Assembly (NCBI GenBank): GCA_043745805.1
Contig: JAYTSD010000027.1
Coordinates: 1 to 46,957, forward strand
Direction of reading: 5' to 3'
Source: Fibrobacteria bacterium
GTDB taxonomy: Bacteria > Fibrobacterota > Fibrobacteria > UBA11236
DNA length: 46,957 nt
Part shown: piece by piece, positions 9,783 to 19,084 of the stretch
Layout of the letters: each line of letters begins with the position of its first letter
How positions within the stretch are numbered: the stretch's first letter is position 1
Notes under the pieces: model-generated
What the model was told of the DNA's origin: nothing
What the model saw: the letters and a program-made list of their open reading frames with translations, nothing else
Database searches by the model: none
Made by a program: the position numbers and the translations under genes

Positions 9783-9892
9783 TAATCATTCCTCCCCATA
9801 TGTTTACCTTGCCCTTGCAAAAACAACTTAAGCCCGAAAATACAGAGAAGAAAAAATGCTACTTGTAGGGTAATGAAAAGTATATCTAACAT
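9782..9892 (-). CDS. Small single-TM peptide (36 aa) upstream of kdpF
   Basis: MLDILFITLQVAFFLLCIFGLKLFLQGQGKHMGRND*; TAATG-coupled to kdpF and starts 3 nt after the kinase stop. Confidence 0.6.
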   Translation of the reverse strand: MLDILFITLQVAFFLLCIFGLKLFLQGQGKHMGRND

Positions 9893-9895
9893 GAT

Positions 9896-11713
9896 TTATC
9901 CTGCTTTGAGTAATGTGAAATGTACAGTTGTTCCTTGATTTTCAATGCTTTCCAAAGAGATGATTCCACCGTGGGCTTCCACAACTTCCTTGGCAATAGC
10001 AAGACCTAAGCCCGCTCCACCGGGATGTCCTTCTTGGGATCCGCGATAAAACTTTTCGAATATATGCGGAACATCATTGGCAGGAATTCCTAAGCCCGTA
10101 TCATTGACGCTAAAGCGAATGAAATGTTTTTCTTCTTGCGCCTGTATTTCGATTTTGCCGCCTGCAGCGGTATATTTCAAAGCATTGGAAAGCAAATTTC
10201 CTAACACCAAAGGAATGCGTATAGGATCGGCCATTACTTTTGGTAAATAAGGAGGAAGATGAGATTCTAGTTTTAAGCCTTTATCCTGAAAAGCATGCTG
10301 CATGGCTTCGATGCTTTGTAAAACGAATTCTCTCGCGTCAATGCTTTGTAAATCCATTTTCAAATTACCAGAACGAATTCGGCCTATATCTAACAGCCCT
10401 TCGATGGTTTGATGCAAATGCTCAGTATCTTCTCTTGCAGTCAATAGCAATTCTAATTGCCGATTATTCAAGTCACCTATCTTTTCGTCTAAGAGTAAAT
10501 GCACGGACATCCGCATAGAAGTCAAACGTGTTTTCAACTCATGGGAAACCGTAGACAATAAATCACTTTTACTTTCATCCAAGCGACGTAAATCCGTGAC
10601 ATCCGCTAGTACTAATGTCACCCCAACCAATTGCTTACTTTCATCGAGTATAGGAATAGCATGGGGCAAGAAAAAATGTTCTTTCCCCTCCTGAAAAATT
10701 TGTATTGCTGAAGCATAGCCTTCGGGATTAAATGAACGTAACTCCTGACGGACTTTTTGAAAAATCGTGTTGAGCCAAGGTAACTCCAAGGTTTCTACCT
10801 GGGTACCTGGTTTAATGCCAAAGCAAGTATGCGCCGGATTATTGGACATCTCTATAAACCCTTCGGCATTAATCACCGCTACGGCATCGGGAAGGCTATT
10901 AATAGCCATTTGCGTGGTGCGCTGGGTACGAATAAGTTTCACATGATCGGAGCGGCGAAACTCTCTCAAGCGTGAGGTCATGGTATTAAAGGATTCCGCC
11001 AATATTCCCATTTCATCTCGCGATCGCGCGTCTAGGGATAGTTCCAAATTGCCTTTGGCAATTTCTTGGGCCGATTGTGTCAGTTTGCGAATAGGATTGA
11101 GAATGAATTGCCCAGTTATAAATAAGAGCGCTACGAAACCCATTAAACCTGCAATGAGTAAAACAATTAAACCTTGCTTGGCACGACGAGCTTGATGTTT
11201 CACTTCACCATCGGTGGAGAGCATATTCTGTGCATTTAACGAGGCGATACCTTGAGTGAGGTTTTCGATCTTTTGCAATTGTCCTAAAAATTGATTTTGA
11301 TAATTAAGACGTCTTTGGGTAAGGTGCAAATGCACATCAGTATACTTGGAAAAATTGCTTTGTAAATCATTCCAGAAAATGATTAAGCTGTCCGTGAATT
11401 TTTGTTCTCCCATAACGGTGACATTATGTTTTTGAAAATCCAAACTATGAGTAAAAGCTTGTACATGCTCTTGCCAATGCGAAGAGGGGATGGGTTGCTC
11501 CTCCCATAAGGACACTAAAAGAATTTGATTGAGACTTTCCAATTCTGAGCGCATTTTTTCGCAGGCTTGAATGGATTCTAAATTTTCTTGAGAGATACGT
11601 TCGAAAGAAAAACTCACATTGCTAATTACACGAATGGCTAAAAAAGTGACCAATAGCAAAACAGCTAATAGTCCCGCAAAACCCAACATTAATTTTTGTC
11701 TTAGTCCCAACAT
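9896..11713 (-). CDS. Membrane sensor histidine kinase (periplasmic helical sensor-HAMP-PAS-HisKA-HATPase; KinB-like architecture)
   Basis: Two TM helices, HAMP (DEMGILAESFNTM), H-box SHELKTRL, N box NLLSNALKYT, G boxes; start chosen at MLGLRQK. Confidence 0.9.
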   Translation of the reverse strand: MLGLRQKLMLGFAGLLAVLLLVTFLAIRVISNVSFSFERISQENLESIQACEKMRSELESLNQILLVSLWEEQPIPSSHWQEHVQAFTHSLDFQKHNVTVMGEQKFTDSLIIFWNDLQSNFSKYTDVHLHLTQRRLNYQNQFLGQLQKIENLTQGIASLNAQNMLSTDGEVKHQARRAKQGLIVLLIAGLMGFVALLFITGQFILNPIRKLTQSAQEIAKGNLELSLDARSRDEMGILAESFNTMTSRLREFRRSDHVKLIRTQRTTQMAINSLPDAVAVINAEGFIEMSNNPAHTCFGIKPGTQVETLELPWLNTIFQKVRQELRSFNPEGYASAIQIFQEGKEHFFLPHAIPILDESKQLVGVTLVLADVTDLRRLDESKSDLLSTVSHELKTRLTSMRMSVHLLLDEKIGDLNNRQLELLLTAREDTEHLHQTIEGLLDIGRIRSGNLKMDLQSIDAREFVLQSIEAMQHAFQDKGLKLESHLPPYLPKVMADPIRIPLVLGNLLSNALKYTAAGGKIEIQAQEEKHFIRFSVNDTGLGIPANDVPHIFEKFYRGSQEGHPGGAGLGLAIAKEVVEAHGGIISLESIENQGTTVHFTLLKAG

Positions 11714-11727
11714 AAACACTCCACAAC

Positions 11728-11743
11728 TGCAAGGCACATGCCA
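11728..11743 (-). promoter_or_regulatory. Sigma54 (-24/-12) promoter
   Basis: Minus strand TGGCATGTGCCTTGCA, GG-N10-GC with TTGCA at -12; next to a sigma54 activator gene. Confidence 0.75.
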
Positions 11744-11814
11744 GAATAAAGGTTAGAAATCCCCTTTAAAATGATGGGATTTGTGGAGTGTTGATTATGA
11801 AATTATAGCGGACC

Positions 11815-11827
11815 TTGCAAAATGCAA
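11815..11827. promoter_or_regulatory. Putative enhancer-binding-protein site
   Basis: Inverted repeat TTGCA-AAA-TGCAA about 100 bp upstream of the predicted sigma54 start site. Confidence 0.5.
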
Positions 11828-11882
11828 GCTTATGCCTTTATGACATGGAAAAATGAAATGGTTGGGAGTTTTATAAATGAGA

Positions 11883-13226
11883 TTATAATCCGTATTTTTT
11901 ACGCCGTCTCCACAATGTTGCCCCATCAATGTCTAGTATGCGTGCCGCTTCTTCCAATGAAGGCGTCGAAGCAAGTATTTTGCGAATATGAATTTCTTCC
12001 AATTGTTCTAAGCTGACTTTATGCCCCACTTCTGGGGATGCCGCAGATGTAAGTTGCAGCTGTGATGGTAAATCGTCCAAGTTAATTTGTGCATCGTTAC
12101 AAACAATACAAGCTCTTTCGATGCTATTTCTTAATTCGCGAATATTTCCGGGCCAAGAATAATGAATGAGGGCGTCCATTGCGGTAGGACTAAAAATCGG
12201 GCAAGAACGTTGGTTTTTTTTAGCAAAAAATATTGCGAATCGTTCTACTAAAGCAGGGATATCTTCGATGCGAGTTCGCAAAGGAGGCAACTCAATTTGA
12301 AAAACATTGAGTCGAAACAATAAGTCTTCGCGAAATTTTCCTTCGCGTACTGCTTGTTCTAAATCAATATTGGTTGCGGCGATGATGCGAATATTCGCTC
12401 GACGCGTAATATTTTCGCCGACCCTTTCATATTCTTGATCTTGCAAAAAGCGTAAAAGCTTGGGTTGCGTAATTAAAGCCAAATCACCAATTTCGTCAAG
12501 AAATAAAGTTCCGCCATCATGTGCGGAAATACGGCCAAGATTGTCGCGCACGGCTCCGGTAAAAGCGCCTTTGACATGGCCGAATAATTCGCTTTCTAAA
12601 AGCTCAATAGATAATGATGGACAGGAAATGACTCCAAAGGGTTTCGCTTTTCTTTTGCTCCAATCGTGGATGGCGCGTGCAAGAACGCCTTTGCCAGTGC
12701 CGCTTTCTCCGCGCAGTAATACACCTGTTTCGGTGGGAGCGACTTGTTTTGCTAAGCGCAATACTTTTTCCATAGCCGGGCTTTGCGTCTGCAAATCAAT
12801 TTCTTGTGTGTTGACCTTTTCTTGAATCTGTTGACGTTTGGTGGCAATATTGGCCGCAATATTTTGCACTTGTTCGGGAGTAAAGGGTTTCGGCAAATAA
12901 TCCACGGCTCCACTTTTCATAGCGGCAACAGCGGTATCTACCGTGGCATAAGCTGTGATTATAATAATGTGTGCCTCTGGCAATTGCATTAGCAGTTTCG
13001 GGATATAATCCAAGCCGCGTTCGGTGCCTAATCGCATATCCAAAAAAATCAAATCGAATTTATGTTGCGCGGCCTGCTTTAAGGCATCTCCTCCATTTCC
13101 TACGGCGATGACTTTATGCCCGACTAACTCCAAGCAAAGCGTCAAGGTTCGACGAATATTAACTTCGTCATCCACGACAAGGATATGGAGAGGGAAAAGG
13201 GATAGAGAGGAGGAGTTTAACACCAT
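11883..13226 (-). CDS. Sigma54-dependent response regulator (REC-AAA+-HTH; AlgB/NtrC-like)
   Basis: VVDD and DMRLG receiver motifs, GESGTGK, GAFTGA, LFLDEIG, WPGNIREL, C-terminal HTH ATLWRRRKKYGL. Confidence 0.95.
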   Translation of the reverse strand: MVLNSSSLSLFPLHILVVDDEVNIRRTLTLCLELVGHKVIAVGNGGDALKQAAQHKFDLIFLDMRLGTERGLDYIPKLLMQLPEAHIIIITAYATVDTAVAAMKSGAVDYLPKPFTPEQVQNIAANIATKRQQIQEKVNTQEIDLQTQSPAMEKVLRLAKQVAPTETGVLLRGESGTGKGVLARAIHDWSKRKAKPFGVISCPSLSIELLESELFGHVKGAFTGAVRDNLGRISAHDGGTLFLDEIGDLALITQPKLLRFLQDQEYERVGENITRRANIRIIAATNIDLEQAVREGKFREDLLFRLNVFQIELPPLRTRIEDIPALVERFAIFFAKKNQRSCPIFSPTAMDALIHYSWPGNIRELRNSIERACIVCNDAQINLDDLPSQLQLTSAASPEVGHKVSLEQLEEIHIRKILASTPSLEEAARILDIDGATLWRRRKKYGL

Positions 13227-13238
13227 TTGGCTCTATTA

Positions 13239-15506
13239 CTATTTATTCTCCAACAAAAATCTATCCACTTCGCCGCGAATTTGTTCGCTGGCATTATAAT
13301 CCAAAATCTTCTCAATCAATTGTTTGCAAGCACTCACTCTTAAGGGTAAAAGCCCTGCTCTTACAGCATCTGCAGAAGCAGGAGCAATACTTAAACGAGT
13401 AATTCCTAGGCCTAACAGTAATGGCAAAGTATGCGGGTCCGAAGCCATTTCACCGCAAATAGTAACGGATTTATTGGTCTCATGCGCGGCATCCGCAATT
13501 TGTTTTAAGGCAATCCAAAGGGCGGGATGATAGGGTTGATAATAATCCGCAACTCGCTCATTGCCTCGGTCAACTGCAAATAAATATTGAATTAAATCAT
13601 TGGTACCAATGCAAATAAAGTCGAGTTCATTTAGGATTTTTTTGATTTGAATGACGGCTGAAGGGATTTCAATCATGGCGCCGAGTGGAGGTAACATAAA
13701 GGGTACTCCATATTGATTTTCTAAATCTATGCGAACTTCTTCAAAAGCATTTTTAATGAGTTGAATTTCTTTCACTAGAGAAATCATAGGAATTAAAATT
13801 TTCATTTTACCCGTTTGTGAAGCCCTTAATAGAGCGCGTAAATGGGGTTTCATAATTTCTGGACGTGCCAATAACATGCGAATAGAGCGCCAACCCAAAT
13901 AGGGATTTTCTTCCTTGCCCCAATCGAAATAACGCAACGGTTTATCACCACCCACATCCAATAGTCGAATGGTGGCGCCATGCTCGGCACTATGTTCCAA
14001 AATTTTAGAATACAATTCAAATTGAGCTTGTTCATCGGGCATTTGATTGCGGATCATAAAAAAGAATTCGGTGCGATATAAGCCGACTTCTTGTATACCA
14101 CTTTGTTCCATAATGGCAAAGTCCGAAAGTAAAGACACATTCGCGGAAAGTTGAATTTGCACGCCATCACGAGTTATAGACGTATGCGAAGGAACCATTA
14201 ATTGTTTGGTTTCTAAATCTTCCATGAGGCGCTTATATTCACGCTCCACATGAATATCGGGATTGATAAATAAAAGCCCCGAATTGGCATCCATAATCAC
14301 GGGCATGCCATTGTGTAAATAATTAGTCAGGCCGGGCAAGCCAATAAAACAAGGGATACCTAGAGAGCGCGCTAAAATAGCCGCATGGGAAGTTACACCA
14401 CCGGATTCACAAAGTACACCGAGAATTTTTTTGGTTTGTAAATAAACTAAATCGGAAGGCAATAATTCTACCGCTACAACGATGCTACCCTCTTGCGTAT
14501 CTTCCCAAGAGCTGCGTTTATCTTTTACATCATTGAGCGAATTCACAATACGTAAACCCACATCGCGAACATCGGCAATTTTACTAATGAGTTGTGCATT
14601 CCCTGAATCGGCAAAACTTTTGGCTAATTCACGCGTGGCGAGTTTTACCGCAAAGAACGCAGACATGCGTTCGCGAATATGATTTTCAATAGGACTGATG
14701 AGTAATGGATCGCTAAGCATCCATTCATGTACGGCAAAAATTTTAGCATCCATTTCGGCAAATAATTCACCCGCTTTGGATTTCAACCATTGGCTTTCTT
14801 TGCGTGCTAATTCAACGGCTTTATGAAAGACGGCTAATTCTTCTTTGGGATCGAGGCATTCGCTAAATAAAATGGTATCCCAAATTTGATGCGTTTGCAA
14901 AGTGGATACAGGGCCAGCGGCAATACCACCAAAGGCTACCTGCGCTCTAACAAAGGCTGGAGCGATAATGTTTTTGGGTTCTTCGGAGGGGATTTTTCCA
15001 TGCGATTTTAAAGAATGATTTTCCAGTAATGTGCCTAATTGAGCGGCCAAGGTAAAAACCAAATCTTCGACAGTAGAATCGAAGGGTCTATCATCTGTAC
15101 TTTGTAAAGTGAGTACCCCTAAACATTTTTTTGAGGAGGGCGGAATAGCTATACCCAAAAAATTTTGTAAGCGTTCTTCACCAAGAGATGGGAAATATTT
15201 AAACCGTTTATCTTTACTGGGATGTGCGATGTTAATCACATCACCACTGCTAAATACCGCACCGGTTAAACCTTCGTCGGTTTGCATGGAAATATCTTGA
15301 ATGGAATCGGAATGTAAACCGCAATTAGAAGTTAAATGCAATAAACCCGTTTGTGGACGATTTAAATAAATGGAGCATACATCTACTTCCATCTTTTCCG
15401 AAATTAAACGCACAATAGCATCGAGCGCCGGTTGGCTAGATTGGCTTTCCAACATCGTTTGTGTGACCGAACGAATAATTTCAAAGGCAGTAGATATATT
15501 GGACAA
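13239..15506 (-). CDS. ptsP: GAF-containing PEP-protein phosphotransferase (EI-Ntr)
   Basis: N-terminal GAF (DVCSIYL...EGLTG), GGVTSHAAILAR phospho-His, GLYRTEF, DVGGDK, IGTNDLIQY and ICGEMA motifs. Confidence 0.93.
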   Translation of the reverse strand: MSNISTAFEIIRSVTQTMLESQSSQPALDAIVRLISEKMEVDVCSIYLNRPQTGLLHLTSNCGLHSDSIQDISMQTDEGLTGAVFSSGDVINIAHPSKDKRFKYFPSLGEERLQNFLGIAIPPSSKKCLGVLTLQSTDDRPFDSTVEDLVFTLAAQLGTLLENHSLKSHGKIPSEEPKNIIAPAFVRAQVAFGGIAAGPVSTLQTHQIWDTILFSECLDPKEELAVFHKAVELARKESQWLKSKAGELFAEMDAKIFAVHEWMLSDPLLISPIENHIRERMSAFFAVKLATRELAKSFADSGNAQLISKIADVRDVGLRIVNSLNDVKDKRSSWEDTQEGSIVVAVELLPSDLVYLQTKKILGVLCESGGVTSHAAILARSLGIPCFIGLPGLTNYLHNGMPVIMDANSGLLFINPDIHVEREYKRLMEDLETKQLMVPSHTSITRDGVQIQLSANVSLLSDFAIMEQSGIQEVGLYRTEFFFMIRNQMPDEQAQFELYSKILEHSAEHGATIRLLDVGGDKPLRYFDWGKEENPYLGWRSIRMLLARPEIMKPHLRALLRASQTGKMKILIPMISLVKEIQLIKNAFEEVRIDLENQYGVPFMLPPLGAMIEIPSAVIQIKKILNELDFICIGTNDLIQYLFAVDRGNERVADYYQPYHPALWIALKQIADAAHETNKSVTICGEMASDPHTLPLLLGLGITRLSIAPASADAVRAGLLPLRVSACKQLIEKILDYNASEQIRGEVDRFLLENK

Positions 15507-15542
15507 AAGATGTCTTTCTATTTTTTTGTTTTTATAAAAAAA

Positions 15543-15830
15543 TTAATCCCAAATGATGCCAGGCTTGGCTTCGGGTAATTTGTCTTTGTTTTTTTTAGCC
15601 CATTCGAATTTCTTATTTAATAAATCCATTTTCGAATCTTCTTTGCTTTTGGCATCGGCAAATTTTTGCTCTAAATCATCTTTGCGAGTTTTATCTCCTT
15701 GCAAAAAACTTTCCAAAGAAATCGGGGCTTCCTTATGCGCTGTAAATTGAATTATGCCGCCATTGACGGAATCAATGATCAATTTAGCTCGACAACAAGG
15801 GCACTCGATTTTTAATTCTTTAGCTTCCAT
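15543..15830 (-). CDS. Conserved-looking hypothetical protein, CxxC ribbon plus coiled coil
   Basis: IECPCC..LIID N-terminus and charged helical C-terminus; GAGGA RBS before MEAKEL. Confidence 0.6.
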   Translation of the reverse strand: MEAKELKIECPCCRAKLIIDSVNGGIIQFTAHKEAPISLESFLQGDKTRKDDLEQKFADAKSKEDSKMDLLNKKFEWAKKNKDKLPEAKPGIIWD

Positions 15831-15913
15831 TTTATTTGAGTCCTCTTTTTTCCCTTGAGCCAAACAAGGTCTTTATTAATATACCCTGCAAAGGTTGATT
15901 TCCAAAAATATTT

Positions 15914-17719
15914 TTAGAATTTTTCTAATTTCAAAATATGCATTACTTCTTTATGCGGATTTAACTCCACATAATTAAAAGCGCCGCTCCAGACATAGCT
16001 TTCATGGCTGAGTAAATCATAGACTCCATAGATTTTTTCATTTTGTAATTCTAAAGCGCTTAAATCAAGCTCTAAGGTGGCATTTTGCGTATTTAAAGGG
16101 TCCAAATTTACTACGAACAGCAAAGTGGCATGCTCATCGGTTTTGGAATAAACCACTAATTGAGGATTATTGCTTTTGTGAAAATGAATATTCTTGTAAA
16201 ATTGTAAAGCCGTATATTCTTTGCGAAGTGTATTAATCGCTTGAATAAAAGGTTTAATATGTCCCGGCCTATCCCAATCCCAAACTTTATACTGATACTT
16301 TTCCGAAAATCCATATTCTTCTTTGCCCGGATAGGGTGTGCCTTCACATAATTCATAACCATTATACATGCCATAACTACCAACTAAAGTGGCTGCCAAT
16401 GCAAAACGAATTTTAAACATGGCGGGCGTTGCATTTTGTAATTGAAGTGGTAATATGTCGGGAGTAGTAGGGAAGAATATGCCTTTCATAAATAAGGCTG
16501 GTGCTTGTTGAGTTAACTCTTCAACATATTCCTGAATTTCTTTACTTTCGGTGCGCCAAGTAAAATAAGTGTACGACAAATCGAAACCAATTTTTGCCAA
16601 ACGCTTCATGACTTTAGGTTTAGTAAAGGCTTCGGCCAAGAAAATAATTTCGGGATTCCGTGTTTTGATTTCACGAATCACCCATTCCCAAAAACCAAAG
16701 GGCTTGGTATGCGGATTATCGACGCGGAAAATAGTGATGCCTCTATCCACCCAAAATTCTAAAATGGATTTTATTTCCATCCATAAATTTTCTTTATCAT
16801 TACAAAAAAAGTTTAAGGGATAAACATCTTCATAACGCTTGGGAGGGTTTTCGGCACATTTAATAGTGCCATCTTTTTCGCGATAAAACCAATCGGGATG
16901 ATCTTTTACATAAGGATGATCCGGTGAGCAATTGAGTGCAAAATCCAAGGCGATATTAAATCCCATAGACTGGCAGCGTGCTAAAAATTTTTCACAATCC
17001 TTTAAGGTTCCCAGTTCAGGATCGACCTGCTTGTGACCGCCTACTTCATTGCCAATGGCATAGGGACATCCAGGTTCGCCAGGTAAAGCCGTTAAACTAT
17101 TATTGCGGCCTTTGCGTTTGGTGCGACCAATGGGATGTAGTGGTGTGAGGTAAATCACATCAAATCCTAATTGAGCTATGGCTGGAAGTCGACTTTCCAT
17201 ATCGGCAAAGGATGCGCTTTTATTAGGATCGGACCCTTGCGAGCGTCCCCACATTTCATACCAAGCACTAAACTGTGTGAGTGGCGAATCGACGCGTAAT
17301 TTTCCGGAAGGATTATAAGTAAAAGGGATTTCACCTAGAGCCGGACCATTTTGGGTTTGCGCCTGAACGGTGAATTCATATTCTCCTTCGGGGCCGGCAA
17401 TAAATTCTCCGGCAAAGCCATCATTGTCCACAAAAAGAAAAGGCAGTTTTTGCCAAGTTTTTGCGCCTACTTTTCTCACCAATAAAATGGCTTCGCAAGG
17501 TCCATGACCATCACGGAAAATATCCGCTGTCACAGTAATTTTTTCACCTGGAATAGCTTTGATAGGGTAATAGTGTTCTAGTGTCGGTTGTAAATTTTCC
17601 ACCACCGTATGATGATTTGCGGGCAGCGGATGCATGGCAGGTAAGGATTTTGCCAGTGCGCTGGGTTTTGAGGTTTTAGTTAATGTTTTAGATACTACTT
17701 TAGATTTTTTTTTAAGCAT
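15914..17719 (-). CDS. glgE: Alpha-1,4-glucan:maltose-1-phosphate maltosyltransferase (GH13_3)
   Basis: ADIFRDGH, RKGRNN, AENPPKRYEDVYP, FRVDNPHTKP, FLAEAF and TPDIL motifs. Confidence 0.93.
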   Translation of the reverse strand: MLKKKSKVVSKTLTKTSKPSALAKSLPAMHPLPANHHTVVENLQPTLEHYYPIKAIPGEKITVTADIFRDGHGPCEAILLVRKVGAKTWQKLPFLFVDNDGFAGEFIAGPEGEYEFTVQAQTQNGPALGEIPFTYNPSGKLRVDSPLTQFSAWYEMWGRSQGSDPNKSASFADMESRLPAIAQLGFDVIYLTPLHPIGRTKRKGRNNSLTALPGEPGCPYAIGNEVGGHKQVDPELGTLKDCEKFLARCQSMGFNIALDFALNCSPDHPYVKDHPDWFYREKDGTIKCAENPPKRYEDVYPLNFFCNDKENLWMEIKSILEFWVDRGITIFRVDNPHTKPFGFWEWVIREIKTRNPEIIFLAEAFTKPKVMKRLAKIGFDLSYTYFTWRTESKEIQEYVEELTQQAPALFMKGIFFPTTPDILPLQLQNATPAMFKIRFALAATLVGSYGMYNGYELCEGTPYPGKEEYGFSEKYQYKVWDWDRPGHIKPFIQAINTLRKEYTALQFYKNIHFHKSNNPQLVVYSKTDEHATLLFVVNLDPLNTQNATLELDLSALELQNEKIYGVYDLLSHESYVWSGAFNYVELNPHKEVMHILKLEKF

Positions 17720-18932
17720 GGGGATGAATTAACTCCTCGTAAAAGCGACTAGTTTGTTCGGCAATTCCCGACCATGAAAAATATTTTTCAACACGCGCAC
17801 GTGATTTTTTGGCCATGGAAATTAAACGTTCGGGATTTTGTAAAAGATGATTGACCGCTTCGGCAATGTCTTCCGAAAATTGATCTGAATTTTTGGGTTC
17901 AAAATTTTCGCTGCTAATCGGTTGAAAAGGAATGAGTAATCCGGTTTCACCATGTACCACTACTTCAGGAATGCCGCCTACGGCCGAGGCTATTACAGGC
18001 GTTTCGCAGGCCATCGCTTCCAAATTAATGATGCCAAAGGGTTCATAAACCGAAGGGCAAATAAATAAAGTCGCATGAGTATAAATAGGAATGATTTGTT
18101 CTTTGGATAACATTTGGGGAATCCAAATTACGGGATTGGGAGTGTTGGCACGAATGATGGCTACGGTATCTTCCATTTCCTTGCCGATTTCTTTGGTATC
18201 CGGCGCCCCTGCGCAAAGCACGACTTGTAAGCCATTTTGCATATGCGGTATGGCATTGAGCAAATGAATCACACCCTTTTGCCTAGTAATACGGCCGACA
18301 AAAAGCACATAGGGTAATTCGGGATCTATACCAAAGGACCTTAATAATTCGGGATTTGGTGTGGGCTTATACTGTTTTAAATCAATACCATTGGGAATTA
18401 CACGGATTTTAGAAAGGGGTACACTATAAAGTTCATGTACATCGCGTTGCATGGATTCGGAAACAGCGATAATACCATCGGCATTTTGATAAGCGGTTTT
18501 TTCTAGCCAAGAGGAAACATGATAGGCATTGCCTAATTGTTCAACTTTCCAAGGGCGATGCGGTTCTAAACTATGCGTAGTCAAAACTAAAGGCGCACCT
18601 AAAAGAGGTTTAAGCAAACAGCCGGCAAAATGGGAATACCAAGTATGGCAATGCACAATATCGGCATGTTTGGCTGTGCCCGCAATGAGTATATCACGCA
18701 TTAAGGTATCCATAAGCTTATGATTACCTGCATTTTGACTGGGGAAAGTAAAATCGGGTTGCACACCATGCACATTTAAGTTGTGATGCTTTTCAGCTTG
18801 TTCACCAAAACAATACACGTCAACGTGATTATGAGGAATATGTGCGAGCTCTTTGGAGAGATACTCTACATGTACACCGGCACCCCCATAAACATGGGGA
18901 GGAAATTCATTAGATAATAAAGCGATTTTCAT
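17712..18932 (-). CDS. glgM: GT4 glycosyltransferase, GlgM / Corynebacterium-type GlgA (alpha-maltose-1-phosphate synthase)
   Basis: EFPPHVYGGAGVHV, HTWY, HSLEPHRPWKVEQLG, GRITRQKG and YEPFGIINLEAMAC motifs; overlaps glgE. Confidence 0.85.
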   Translation of the reverse strand: MKIALLSNEFPPHVYGGAGVHVEYLSKELAHIPHNHVDVYCFGEQAEKHHNLNVHGVQPDFTFPSQNAGNHKLMDTLMRDILIAGTAKHADIVHCHTWYSHFAGCLLKPLLGAPLVLTTHSLEPHRPWKVEQLGNAYHVSSWLEKTAYQNADGIIAVSESMQRDVHELYSVPLSKIRVIPNGIDLKQYKPTPNPELLRSFGIDPELPYVLFVGRITRQKGVIHLLNAIPHMQNGLQVVLCAGAPDTKEIGKEMEDTVAIIRANTPNPVIWIPQMLSKEQIIPIYTHATLFICPSVYEPFGIINLEAMACETPVIASAVGGIPEVVVHGETGLLIPFQPISSENFEPKNSDQFSEDIAEAVNHLLQNPERLISMAKKSRARVEKYFSWSGIAEQTSRFYEELIHPHA

Positions 18933-19084
18933 AGTGGAAAATTAAGAATAATCCGCCTTCCTCGCAAAAAAAGGCATACTTTTGAAAAAAAAATGTTGCG
19001 GAAAGCAACTAGGGAGTTGAAGCTGGGTAAAAGTTTCTTAGCTTGTTGAGTGATATGCTAAAGGCCAAAGATAAAACAGGTAAA

